The notes beneath the pieces are model-generated. The model ran no database searches, was not told the DNA's origin, and saw only the letters and a program-made list of their open reading frames with translations. Source: Squalus acanthias (lineage: Eukaryota). Taken from it: 64,000 bases of DNA. Below are positions 22,836 through 34,120 of the stretch, one piece after another. The stretch spans positions 434,001 through 498,000 of the forward strand of contig JASTWF010000350.1 in the NCBI GenBank assembly GCA_030390025.1, read 5' to 3'. A program made the position numbers and the translations under genes. Position 1 is the first letter of the stretch. Each line of letters starts with the position of its first letter.

Positions 22836-24590
22836 CGATCCTCCAACCCCCCTCCTGATCCTCCAACCCCCCTCGATCCTCCAACCCCCCCCCCGATCCT
22901 CCAACCCCCTCCCCATCCTCCAACCCCCTCCCCATCCTCCAACCCCCTCCCCATCCTCCAACCCCCTCCCCATCCTCCAACCCCCCGATCCTCCAACCCC
23001 CTCCCCATCCTCCAACCCCCCTCGATCCTCCAACCCCCCCTCCCCATCCTCCAACCCCCCTCGATCCTCCAACCCCCCTCGATCCTCCAACCCCCTCCCC
23101 ATCCTCCAACCCCCCTCGATCCTCCAACCCCCTGCCCATCCTCCAACCCCCTCCTCGATCCTCCAACCCCCCCCTCGATCCTCCAACCCCCCCCTCGATC
23201 CTCCAACCCCCCCCTCGATCCTCCAACCCCCCCCTCGATCCTCCAACACCCCCCTCGATCCTCCAACTCCCCCCCTCGATCCTCCAACCCCCCTCGATCC
23301 TCCAACCCCCTCCCCATCCTCCAACCCCCCTCGATCCTCCAACCCCCTGCCCATCCTCCAACCCCCTCCTCGATCCTCCAACCCCCCCCTCGATCCTCCA
23401 ACCCCCCCTCGATCCTCCAACCCCCCCCTCGATCCTCCAACCCCCCCCTCGATCCTCCAACCCCCCCCTCGATCCTCCAACTCCCCCCCTCGATCCTCCA
23501 ACACCCCCCTCGATCCTCCAACCCCCCTCGATCCTCCAACCCCCTGCCCATCCTCCAACCCCCTCCTCGATCCTCCAACCCCCTCCTCGATCCTCCAACC
23601 CCCCCCTCGATCCTCCAACTCCCCCCCTCGATCCTCCAACCCCCCTCGATCCTCCAACCCCCTCCCCATCCTCCAACCCCCCTCGATCCTCCAACCCCCT
23701 GCCCATCCTCCAACCCCCCCCTCGATCCTCCAACCCCCCCCTCGATCCTCCAACCCCCCCCTCGATCCTCCAACCCCCCCCTCGATCCTCCAACCCCCCC
23801 CTCGATCCTCCAACTCCCCCCCTCGATCCTCCAACCCCCCTCGATCCTCCAACCCCCTCCCCATCCTCCAACCCCCTCCCCATCCTCCAACCCCCTCGAT
23901 CCTCCAACCCCCCCTCGATCCTCCAACCCCCTCCCCATCCTCCAACCCCCTCGATCCTCCAACCCCCTCGATCCTCAAACCCCCCCACGATCCTCCAACC
24001 CCCTCCCCATCCTCCAACCCCCTCCCCATCCTCCAACCCCCTCCCCATCCTCCAACCCCCCTCGATCCTCCAACCCCCTCCCCATCCTCCAACCCCCTCC
24101 CCATCCTCCAACCCCCCTCGATCCTCCAACCCCCTCCCCATCCTCCAAACCCCCCCCATCCTCCAACCCCCTCCCCATCCTCCAACCCCCCTTCCCCATC
24201 CTCCAACCCCCCCTCCCCATCCTCCAACCCCCCTTCCCCATCCTCCAACCCCCTCCCCATCCTCCAACCCCCCCCATCCTCCAACCCCCTCCCCATCCTC
24301 CAACCCCCTCCCCATCCTCCAACCCCCTCCCCATCCTCCAACCCCCTTCGATCCTCCAACCCCCCTCGATCCTCCAACCCCCCCTCCCCATCCTCCAACC
24401 CTCCCTCCCCATCCTCCAACCCCCCCTCCCCATCCTCCAACCCCCCTCCCCATCCTCCAACCCCCTCCCCATCCTCCAACCCCCTCCCCATCCTCCAACC
24501 CCCCCTCGATCCTCCAACCCCCTCCCCATCCTCCAACCCCCTCCCCATCCTCCAACCCCCTCCCCATCCTCCAACCCCCTCCCCATCCCC
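22836..24590. repeat. C-rich minisatellite (atcctccaacccc-n, about 19-21 bp, 1.75 kb), probably expanded inside a non-autonomous DNA element (about 22314-24900)
   Basis: Direct observation; the source of the 425-684 aa repetitive ORFs. Confidence 0.93.
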
Positions 24591-24984
24591 GGTCCTCGGC
24601 CGGCCTGCACGCCCACCGATCACCAACCCCCGCCCCCTACATTCCCCGACTATACAGCCCCCCACCCAACCGATCCCCAACTATGCCAACCCCCGACCCG
24701 TCCCCCGCCAAATGCTGACCCCGCGATACCTCCCCCGGACCGACCCCTCGCACCTGAGGTCTACCCATCCGCAGCCAGCCAGCCTCTCAATCTGGTTGGT
24801 TGCGGGCAGGAATCCGAGGCCTCACATTCAAATCAGTTAAAGTCAGCCTCCTGGGTTTCCCACCTGCCCCCAACCCGCCTCCCATGAGAAAATTCCGGCC
24901 TAAATTTCAATGTTGAAATGAGGCCCGTGCTCATTAAATTAGTCCCTGTCTCACATGTGCATGGCCGGAGAGAATACCATAAAA

Positions 24985-25437
24985 AGAAAAGAAATACTTG
25001 CATTTCTATAGCGCCTTTCACGACCACGAGACATCCCAAAGTGCTGTACAGCCAATGAAGTGCTTTTTGAAGTGTAGTCACTGTTGTAATGTAGGAAATG
25101 CGGCAGCCAATTTGCGCACAGCAAGCTCCCACAAACAGCAATGTGATAATGACCAGATAATCTGTTTTTGTTATGTTGATTGAGGGATAAATATTGCCCA
25201 GAACACCCGGGAGAACTCCCCTGCTCTTCGTTGAAATAGTGCCATGTGATCTTTTACGTCCACCTGAGAGAGCAGACGGGGCTTCGATTTAACGTCTCTC
25301 TGAAAGACGGCACCTCCGTCAGTGCAGCGCTCCCTCAGTACTACACTGGATTTTTGTGTTCAAGTCTCTGGAGTGGGTTCCTGAACCCACAACCTTCTGA
25401 CTCAGAGGCGAGGGTGTTGCCAACTGAGCACAGCTGA
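24985..25437 (-). mobile_element. Deu-domain SINE
   Basis: Reverse complement of the 20840-21256 family. Confidence 0.82.
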
Positions 25438-25746
25438 GACAGTCAGCTCAGGATCGAGCATGGTGATATCACAAAATGGGCAGGTTGCGACCTTTGACTT
25501 GAATCCATTCTATCCAAGCCACCTAGACACACTGGATGCAAAAGTGCAATGTTTCATTCTTGACCAGTCCACATCTAACCAGTCCGTGCTAGTTCAATTC
25601 GTATCAGCTGGTCAGCACACTTGGATTGAATGTGTGAACTGACCTTTATAGTCCAACGAACTTCAGTTCCACCACCCTTGTATCAAAACTCCCACCTTCT
25701 GGTCAGCTCAGAAAACAGCATACAAGAGTAAAAGCCCGGGTCCTAC

Positions 25747-25954
25747 CTGTCCCCGGTGGCTGAGTGAACGTCCTGGACTGGGGGACCGAGACAGCCTCCG
25801 ATCCCGGGACCGTTGCTGTGGATACTGAGTGCGCTCCTCTGAGTTGCACAGAGATCTATCAGGTGACAGCAGATGCTTCCTTTCCTTGGAACGGCCTCTC
25901 TCATGACTGTCTGCATATGGATGTCCCCAGACAGACATAAATCAGCTCTCAGCC
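25747..25954 (-). CDS. CACNA1E: Cav2.3-like penultimate coding exon (..[28 protein letters not shown]); 1 nt short of frame from the main acceptor, in frame from an internal AG at 25910
   Basis: [21 protein letters not shown] matches Cav2.3; donor CAG|gtagga; acceptor cccctctcacag|GG. Confidence 0.85.
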
Positions 25955-26077
25955 CTGTGAGAGGGGAAAACACATCCCTGAGAATTCTTCACTAACAAAT
26001 TCCATTTTATTACTTTTTAAGGTTGTGATAGCGATGATACTGAGCACAGTGAGACAAAGATAGTTGAATAGTTGATA

Positions 26078-26385
26078 GGGCAACACGGTGGCATAGTGGT
26101 TAGCACTGTTGCCTCACAGCGCCAGGGACCCGGGTTCGAATCCGGCCTCGGGTGACTGCCTGTGTGGAGTTTGCACATTCTCCCCGTGTCTGCGTGGGTT
26201 TCCTCCGGGTGCTCCGGTTTCCTCCCACAGTCCAAAGATGTGTGGGTTAGGTTGATTTGGCTATGATAAATTGACCCTTAGTGTTAGGGGGATTAAATAC
26301 GTGGGGTTACGGGGATAGGGTGGGATATGTGTCGGTGCAGGCTCGATGGGCCGAAATGGCCTCTATCTGCACTGTGGGGATTCTG
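26078..26385 (+). mobile_element. HE1-type V-SINE
   Basis: tRNA head (ggtggcatagtggttagc..gggttcgaatcc) plus V-domain tgtggagtttgcacattctccccgtgtctgcgtgggtttcctccgggtgctccggtttcctcccacagtccaaaga. Confidence 0.88.
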
Positions 26386-26444
26386 TGAATACAAACCAAG
26401 TCAGTGTGTAACAGAGTGCTAATCCCAGACAGGTCAGTGTGTAA

Positions 26445-29400
26445 AAACTCCATGTTTGAATCCCTCCAATCAGGTTTCTGCCCCTGCCATAGTTCCGAAA
26501 CGGCTCTTATCAAAGTCACAAATGACATCCTATGTGAGTGTGACCATGGTAAACTATCCCTCCTTGTCCTTCTTGACTTGTCTGCAGCCTTTGACACAGT
26601 TGACCACTCCATCCTTCTCCAACGCCTCTCCACTGTTGTCCAGCTGGGTGGACACACTCGCCTGGTTCCATTCTTAACTATCCAATCGTAGCCAGAGAAT
26701 CACCTGCAATGACTTCTCTTCCTGCTCCTGCACCGTTACCTCTGGTGTCCCCCAAGGATCTATCCTTGGCCCCCTCCTATTTCTCATCTACATGCTGCCC
26801 CTTGGCGACATCATCCGAAAACACAGCGTCAGTTTCCACACGTATGCTGACGACAGCCAGCTCTACCTCTTCTCTCGACCCCTCCACTGTCTCTAATTTG
26901 TGAGACTGCTTGTCTGACATCCAGTATTGAATGAGCAGAAATTTCCTCCGACTAAATATTGGAAAGACCGAAGCCATTGTCTTCAGTCCCCACCACAAAC
27001 GCCGTTCCCCACTGACACCATCCCTCTCCCTAGCATCTGTCTGAGGCTGAACCACACTGCCCGCAACCTTGGTGTCATATTTGACCCTGAAATGAGCTTC
27101 TGACCACATATCCGCTCCATAACTAAGACCACCTATTTCCACCTCCGTAACATCGCCCGTCTCCGCCCTTGCCTCAGCTCATCCGCTGCTGAAACCCTCA
27201 TTCATGCCTTTGTTACCTCTAAACTTGACTATTCCAACGCACTCCTGGCTAGCTCCCACATTCCACCCGACATAAACTTGAGGTCATCCAAAACTCAGCT
27301 GCCCGTGTCCTAACTCACACCAAGTCCCGTTCACCCATCACCCTTGTAATCACCCATCGCTGACCTACATTGGCTCCCGGTTAACATAGGATTACATAGG
27401 ATTTACGGCACAGAAACAGGCCATTCGGCCCAACCAGTCCATGCCGGCGTTTATGCTCCACTCAAGCCTCCTCCCGTCTTTCCTCATCTAACTCTATCAG
27501 CATATCTAGCTCCCTCATATGCTTATCTACCCTCCCCTTAAATGCATCTATACTATTCGCTTCAACCACTCCCTGTGGTAGTGAGTTCCACATTCTCACC
27601 ACTCTCTGGGTAAAGAAGTTTCTTCTGAATTTCCTATTGGATTTCTTGGTGACTATCTTATATTGATGGCCTCTAGTTTTGCTCTTCCCCACAAGTGGAA
27701 ACACTCTCTCTGTATCGACTCTATCAAAACCTTTCATAATTTTAAAGACCTCAATTAGGTCACCCCTCAGCCTTCTCTTTTTAAGCGAAAAGAGACCCAG
27801 CCTGTTCATCCTTTCCTGATAGGTATACCCTCGTATTTCTGGTATCATCCTTGTAAAACTTCTCTGCACCCTCTCCAGTGCCTCTATATCCTTTTTATAA
27901 TATGGTGACCAGAATTGTACGCAGTACTCCAAGTGTGGTCTAACCAAGGTTCGATACAAGTTTAGCATAACTTGACTACTTTTCAATTCTATCCCTCTAG
28001 AAATAAACCCTAGTGCCTGGTTTGCCTTTTTTATGGCCTTGTTAACCTGTGTCGCTACTTTTAGTGATTTGTGTATTTGTACTCCGAGATCCCTTTGCTC
28101 CTCTACCCCACCCAGACTCACACCCTCCAAGTAATAAGTGACCTCCCTATTCTTCCTACCAAAATGTAATAACTCACATTTATCTGTGTTGAATTTCATT
28201 TGCCAATTATATGCCCATTCTGAAAGTTTATTAATGTCTTCCTGTAATTTGTTGCAGTCCTCCTCAGTATTGACTATCCCCCCAATTTGGTGTCATCCGC
28301 AAATTTAGAAATTGTGTTTATGATTCCAAAGTCTAAATCGTTAATATAAATTGTGAACAACAGTGGTCCCAGCACTGATCCTTGTGGAACACCACTACCC
28401 ACCTTCTGCCACTGTGAATAGCTACCCTTTACCTATCCATTCTGCTACTTGTCCCCTGATTCCGCATTCTCTGACCTTATTCATTAGTCTATTATGTGAT
28501 ACCTTATCGAAGGCCATTTGAAAATCTAGATAAATTACATCTACTACATTACCCTTGTCTATTCTCTCTGTTATCTCTTCAAAAAATTCAATGAGGTTGG
28601 TCAAGCAAGACTTTCCCTTTTGAAATCCATGCTGACCATTTATTATTATATTTTTGGTTTCCTGATGTTCTTCTATTTTCTACTTTAGTAGGGATTCCAT
28701 TATTTTTCCTACCACCAATGTTAAGCTGACTGGTCTATAGTTCCCTGGACATGTTTTATCTCCCTTCTTAAATATGGATATTATGTTAGCTATCCACCAG
28801 TCCTCTGGCACTACACTGTTTTCTAATGAATTATTAAATATGTGTGGTAATGCCTCTGCTGTCTCTTCCCTAGATTCTTTTAAAATGGGCGGATGTAATC
28901 CAAGGGTTTTTTCCTCTTTGAGTTTGATTAGTTTATTTAATATATCTCCTCTTTTTATTTTAAATGCAGTTATTTCATTACTAATTTCATGATCCAATGT
29001 CATGTCCACCTGTTCTATCTCCCTGGTAAATACTGAAGCAAAGTAATTATTTAATATTTCTGCCATCTCTCTATCACTACCTGTGGTATTATCCTGTCCA
29101 TCCTTTAGTGGCCTTATTCCCATCGTGACCTTCCTTTTTTTATTGATGTTCCTGTAAAATATTTTACTATTTTGTTTTACGTTCCTTGATAATTTAATGT
29201 CATAGTTCCTCTTTGCCTTCCTAATTGTTTTTTTGACTTTTCTCCCAATCCCTTCCTATGTTCCCTTATCATGCTCTCCCCTGCTGTTCATGTACTTAAT
29301 GTATGCCTCTTTCCTTACCCTCAATTTTTCCGTTATGGCTTTATTCATCCATGGTGTCTCACTAGTGTTTAGCTTGTTCTTGTTTTTTAGCAGAATATAT

Positions 29401-30540
29401 TTTTCCTGGACTCTGTTGAACACCATTTTAAATGTTTCCCATTGCTGTTCTACATCATTGTTTGCCAATATTGTTGTCCATTTTATTTTCCGAAGTTCTA
29501 TTCTCAGCCCCTCAAAATCAGCTTTTATCCAATCTATTAACCTGGTCTTTGTCATACTTATGTCCTTCTCAATTATTATTTTAAAGCGTATTATATTTTG
29601 GTCACTATTGCCTAGATGTTCCCCTACTTTTACTTCTCTTATCTGCTCTGGTTCATTCCCATTACTAGATCCAGTAGCGAATCCTCCCTTGTTGGGCTTT
29701 TTACATATTGGGTTAAAAATGAGTCCTGTACACATTGTAGGAACTCCTTTCCCTTATCCCCTTTACCTACCTCTTCTGTCCAATTAATATCAGGGTAGTT
29801 GAAATCCCTCATGATTATTATTCTATGTTTTTTACTCATTTCCCTAATTTGTTAGCATATTTCTTCCTCCGCCCCCCTTCCACTATTAGGTGATCCATAG
29901 ACTACTAGTTATCCCTAATAAGTGCCATTATGTTATCCCTAATAAGTACAACTACTCCACCTCCCCTTTTTCCCTCTCTATCTTTTCTAAATATGTTATA
30001 CCCTGCAATGTTTAATTCCCAGTCCTGATTTTTCTGTAGCCATGTCTGGTTCCTCGCAATGCATGATTGCCTCCAGCTCCCCTGTTTTATTACGGACACT
30101 GTGTGCATTGCTGTACAGACAGTTTAACTCATTTTTAATAGCAGTTCCTTTCACTTTATTTTTAACCATCTTTATACACTCCTGTTATAACTCTATTTAT
30201 TCCTTGGCCATCAATGGTTAAGCAACGCCTCGATTTTAGAATTCTCATCCTTTTTTTCAAATTCCTCCATGGCCTCGCCCCTCCCTATCTATGTAATGTC
30301 CTCCAGCCCCACAACTCCCCCCCCCTCCCCGAGATCTCTGCGCTCCTCTAATTCTGGCCTCTTGAGCATCCCTGATTTTAATCGCTCAACCATTGGTGGC
30401 TGTGCCTTCTGTTGCATTGGCCCTAAGCTCTGGAATTCCCTCCCATAACCTCTCCGCCTCACTACCTCACTTTCCTCCTTTAAGATACTCGTTAAAACTT
30501 ACCTCTTTGACCAAGCTTTTGGTCATCTGCCCTAATTTCT
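26445..30540 (+). mobile_element. L2-like LINE 3' portion (26445-27384 and 30216-30540) split by a CR1 insertion
   Basis: [46 protein letters not shown] and YADD motifs; sequence resumes after the GGTTAA duplication. Confidence 0.85.
27385..30215 (-). mobile_element. 5'-truncated CR1 LINE ORF2, TSD GGTTAA
   Basis: APE and RT peptides in the ORF track; GGTTAA at 27379-27384 and 30216-30221. Confidence 0.9.
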
Positions 30541-30609
30541 CCTGTCAGTGTCATTAATTTCGGCATCCGTTAACTCTGGCCTGTGGTGGCACCGGCAGGT
30601 GTTTAGCGC

Positions 30610-31345
30610 TGTCTCTTAATATATTTATAAAACTATTACTTTTGGCTTTGATATCTCTTCAGGTTATTTTTCATACACCCTTTCTGCATCTCTTATTTAT
30701 TTCTTTGTATTCCTTTGTTGTTTTTTATAACTTTCCCAGTTTTCCACTTCTCCTTCCATGTGTGTAGGCCTCTTCTTACTTCATTTGTTGATCATAACTG
30801 CACAAGTGAAGCTTTCGCCTTTTAGGGGTACGTACTGGTTTAGTAATGTACCAAATACTTCTGTGAACACTGTTTGTCTCTGGCTTATCCATTAACAGTT
30901 CAGCCCAGTTTTAGTGTTGACTTTGATATCCCTCGCAAGCTTTTTCTCATATTCCCTTTTGACAGCTCTTACCACTTTCTTCTTTGCTGATCTTAATATC
31001 ATGGGATCTCTACTGTTCTTTGCCTTCATATAAGCCCTTTCTTTTAGTTTTATACTATCTCTCACTTCTCTTGTTGACCAAGGCTGTTTAATTATACAAG
31101 TAGAGCTCCTACCCTTTGGGGGTACGTACAGGTCTTGTATCCTATCAAATACTTCTTTGAACACCTCCCACTGTTCATCTGTAGCTTTATCTGTTAATAG
31201 TTCCACCCAGTCTATTGTGGTCAATTTCTGCCTCATCCCTCCAAAGTCAGCCTTACCTAAATGTAAAGACCTTGGTTCGTGACTCACCCTTCTCCCTCTC
31301 AAACCTAATCATGTTATGGTCATTGTTAGCTAAGTGTTCCTTTAC
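30610..31345 (-). mobile_element. Degenerate CR1 ORF2 fragments
   Basis: KADFGGMRQKL..QWEVFKE..QPWSTREVRDSIK resembles the CR1 linker region. Confidence 0.7.
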
Positions 31346-31643
31346 CATTATTTAGGATGGCCTAAATGATTTTACCAAAATAAGTCCCAATCCCTTTTGA
31401 ACCTCAATATATTTCCCTTCATTGTGTGAACTGCTTCCAGCTTCGAGGGTAACTGCACAATCCCAAAACTGGTAAATGAGTTGGATTGACAGTCGCAGCT
31501 CAGGGATTGGAAACAAGGCTCAGCCACCACCTGAGCTACAAGGCCACCTGTGCTCGATGTTTGGAGTCTGTGAGATAGGACTGCAACCCAACCATTCCCT
31601 GCCACCCCAGCCACAAAAGTAGCAATATTTTAACCCAACATCC

Positions 31644-31952
31644 TCCGGCCCAAAGACATTGCTGTCCTCTCGCTGTCTCCGGCCCAAAGACATTGCTGTC
31701 CTCACGCTGTCTCCGGCCCAAAGACATTGCTGTCCTCTCGCTGTCTCAGGCCCAATGACATTGCTGTCCTCTCGCTGTCTCAGGCCCAAAGACATTGCTG
31801 TCCTCACGCTGTCTCCGGCCCAAAGACATTGCTGTCCTCACGCTGTCTCCGGCCCAAAGACATTGCTGTCCTCACGCTGTCTCAGGCCCAAAGACATTGC
31901 TGTCCTCACGCTGTCTCAGGCCCAAAGACATTGCTGTCCTCTCGCTGTCTCA
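31644..31952. repeat. 34-bp minisatellite (ggcccaaagacattgctgtcctcacgctgtctcc), about 9 copies
   Basis: Direct observation; begins about 16 nt after the exon donor. Confidence 0.93.
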
Positions 31953-31968
31953 GCACACCAGCAGTTAC

Positions 31969-32137
31969 CTGCAGTTGAAGACCTGCTGGATGACCTCACA
32001 GGCCTGCGGCTCCGTTTTTGGTAAAGGTCCTCCGGGCCAGCTCTCTCCAAGGAGTACTCGTTGAGCCAGGTGCCACTCGAGCGCTGGCCGGCAATCGTAG
32101 AAAATGAACGCTTCATTGGGCTTCGGTCTTCAGCCGA
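31969..32137 (-). CDS. CACNA1E: Cav2.3-like exon ([32 protein letters not shown]..), 169 nt
   Basis: ccag|TCG..G|gtaac; M(K/R)RSFSTI..W(L).E.S.ER homologous to Cav2.3; phases fit neighbouring exons. Confidence 0.9.
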
Positions 32138-32579
32138 CTGGCCGGTGACAAGAGGAACAAATATATAAACCTTGAGTCAGTTGAATAATGTACACTAGAA
32201 AAGAATGATTATCAGCACTGAAGTGACAGAGCTACTAACACAAGGCATTTTAATATCCAACACTTTCCTAACTCGGCTGTGCAGTGCCTGCAGATTCTTT
32301 CTGGGATCTCTGTCCTTTTAATACCGATAAATGAGGATTAGCACTCTTTACCCTCCCTGCATCGTTGGTGTGTTGTGTGAAGACTTATTGCATCATCTCC
32401 GACTCCCGCTCAATTCTTTCCCAGGGCCATTAGCTCCTTCCCTCAGTCTTCCCAATCTTCTACAATCTACAGGCCTTTTAAACCCCAAATTGTTATCACT
32501 TTACATTATGAATTACCTCGTCTTCTCTCCTATTCGTTCCAACCTTGGTGACACCCTGCACTGTGGGCCTTGGCCCATT

Positions 32580-33005
32580 CAGCCAGTGGCTGTGGGTAGC
32601 ACACTTGCCTCTGAGTCAGACTGTTGTTATCAAGTCCCACTCCAGGGACTTGAGCACATAATCTAGACTGACACTCCAGTGCAGTGCTGAGGGAGTGCTG
32701 CACTGTGTTGTCTTTTGGATGAGACATTAAACTGCTCTCTCAGGTGGCATGTAAAATAGCACCATTTCGAGGGGAGTTATCCCTGGTGTCCTGGCCAATA
32801 TTTATCCCACAATCAACATCACTGAAACAGATTATCTGGTCATTATCACATTGCTGTTTGTGGGATCTTGCTATGCGCAAATTGGCTGCTGTGTTTCCTA
32901 CATTACAACAGTGACTACACTTCAAAAGTACTTCATTGGCTGTGAAGCGCTTTGGGACATCTGGTTGTCGTGAAAGGCGCTATAGAAATGCAAGTCTTTC
33001 TTTCT
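32580..33005 (+). mobile_element. Deu-domain SINE
   Basis: Same family as 20840-21256. Confidence 0.8.
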
Positions 33006-33111
33006 ATTCCTTAGGTTTAGCAATTTAAAAACATTTTGAAGGCTCATGACAGTTTGATCCAAGTACAGCCGAGCTCATTACACCTTGGGCCAACTAGACA
33101 CAAGTGAGACC

Positions 33112-33438
33112 AATACAAAAGCAAAATACTGCTGCTGGGAATCTGAAATAAAAACAGAAAATGCTGGAAACTTGCAGCAGGTCAGGCAGCATCTGTGGAG
33201 ACAGAAACAGAGTTAACGTTTCAGGTCGATGACCTTTCACCAGAACTGAAAAAAGCTGGAGATGGAACAAGTTTTAAGCAAGTGTAGGGGCAGGGAGACG
33301 GGGGAGGGGAGGAAAGAACAAAAGGGAAGGTCTGTGATAGGGTGGAAGGTAGGAGAGATTAAGAGACAAAAGGGATGATGGTGCAAGGCAAAAGGAGATG
33401 GTAATGGGACAAGTTAAGAAACAAAAGATGGATTTAGA
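33112..33438 (-). mobile_element. Penelope pLTR fragment with a mutated hammerhead core (33211-33247)
   Basis: Reverse complement of about 7055-7345; core reads CTGGTGA..GAAACGTTAACT. Confidence 0.82.
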
Positions 33439-33927
33439 GGCTGTACTTGGATCAAACTGTAAAGGGCGTTCAAAATGTTTCAACCCATTGGGCTTCGGTC
33501 TGTCCGGTCACAAGAGCAACAAATATATTAACCTTGAGTCAGTTGAATAATGTACAGTAGAAAAGAATGATTAGCAGCACTAAAGTGACAGAGCTACTAA
33601 CACAAGGCATTTTAATATCCAACACGTTCCTAACTCGGCCGTGCAGTGCCTGCAGATTCTTTCTGGGATCTCTGTCCTTCTGTTTCCACTGGAACAGGTA
33701 AGGTGAAAAAGAGATTTAATATAGCGGTTTTTAAAATTAGGAATAGTTTGATAGAGAGAACAGGTTGAGCCTATTTCCTCAGGTTAGGGAGTCAGTGACG
33801 GGGCGGAGGGTCATTAATGTAATAATAAAGGGAGTGAGGAGAGGGGTTTGGAGAAATGTCTTTACACCACTGTACGAACTGGAGAAAGAAGCACAGACAT
33901 GGGTTTAGAGACAGACAGAGGATTTAC

Positions 33928-34032
33928 CTCAGACTCAATCTCAAGTCGGGGCATGGACACTGCCCGGCCTTGGCTTTCGATGGGGAGATAATGGCCGTTA
34001 TGAGGATAGTCCAGTTTTCCTTTCTCTAGCTC
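33928..34032 (-). CDS. CACNA1E: Cav2.3-like 105-nt symmetric exon ([35 protein letters not shown])
   Basis: acag|GAG..GAG|gtaaat; GRA.SMPRL is conserved across Cav2 channels; phase 0-0. Confidence 0.87.
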
Positions 34033-34120
34033 CTGTGTATCACAAATCAAAAAACAGACGGTCTAATTAATGCAATATATCTAATTAATAGGATATCTAC
34101 ATATTATATTTAAAGATCTT

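Noticed and set aside
22685..24840. 425-684 aa Pro-rich or Gly-rich ORFs (extensin-like)
   Set aside because: Translations of a C-rich minisatellite that lacks stops in several frames; located in an intron.
26078..26150. tRNA gene (also 61920-62005)
   Set aside because: A/B boxes belong to SINE or retroelement heads continuing into repeat bodies; no complete cloverleaf seen.
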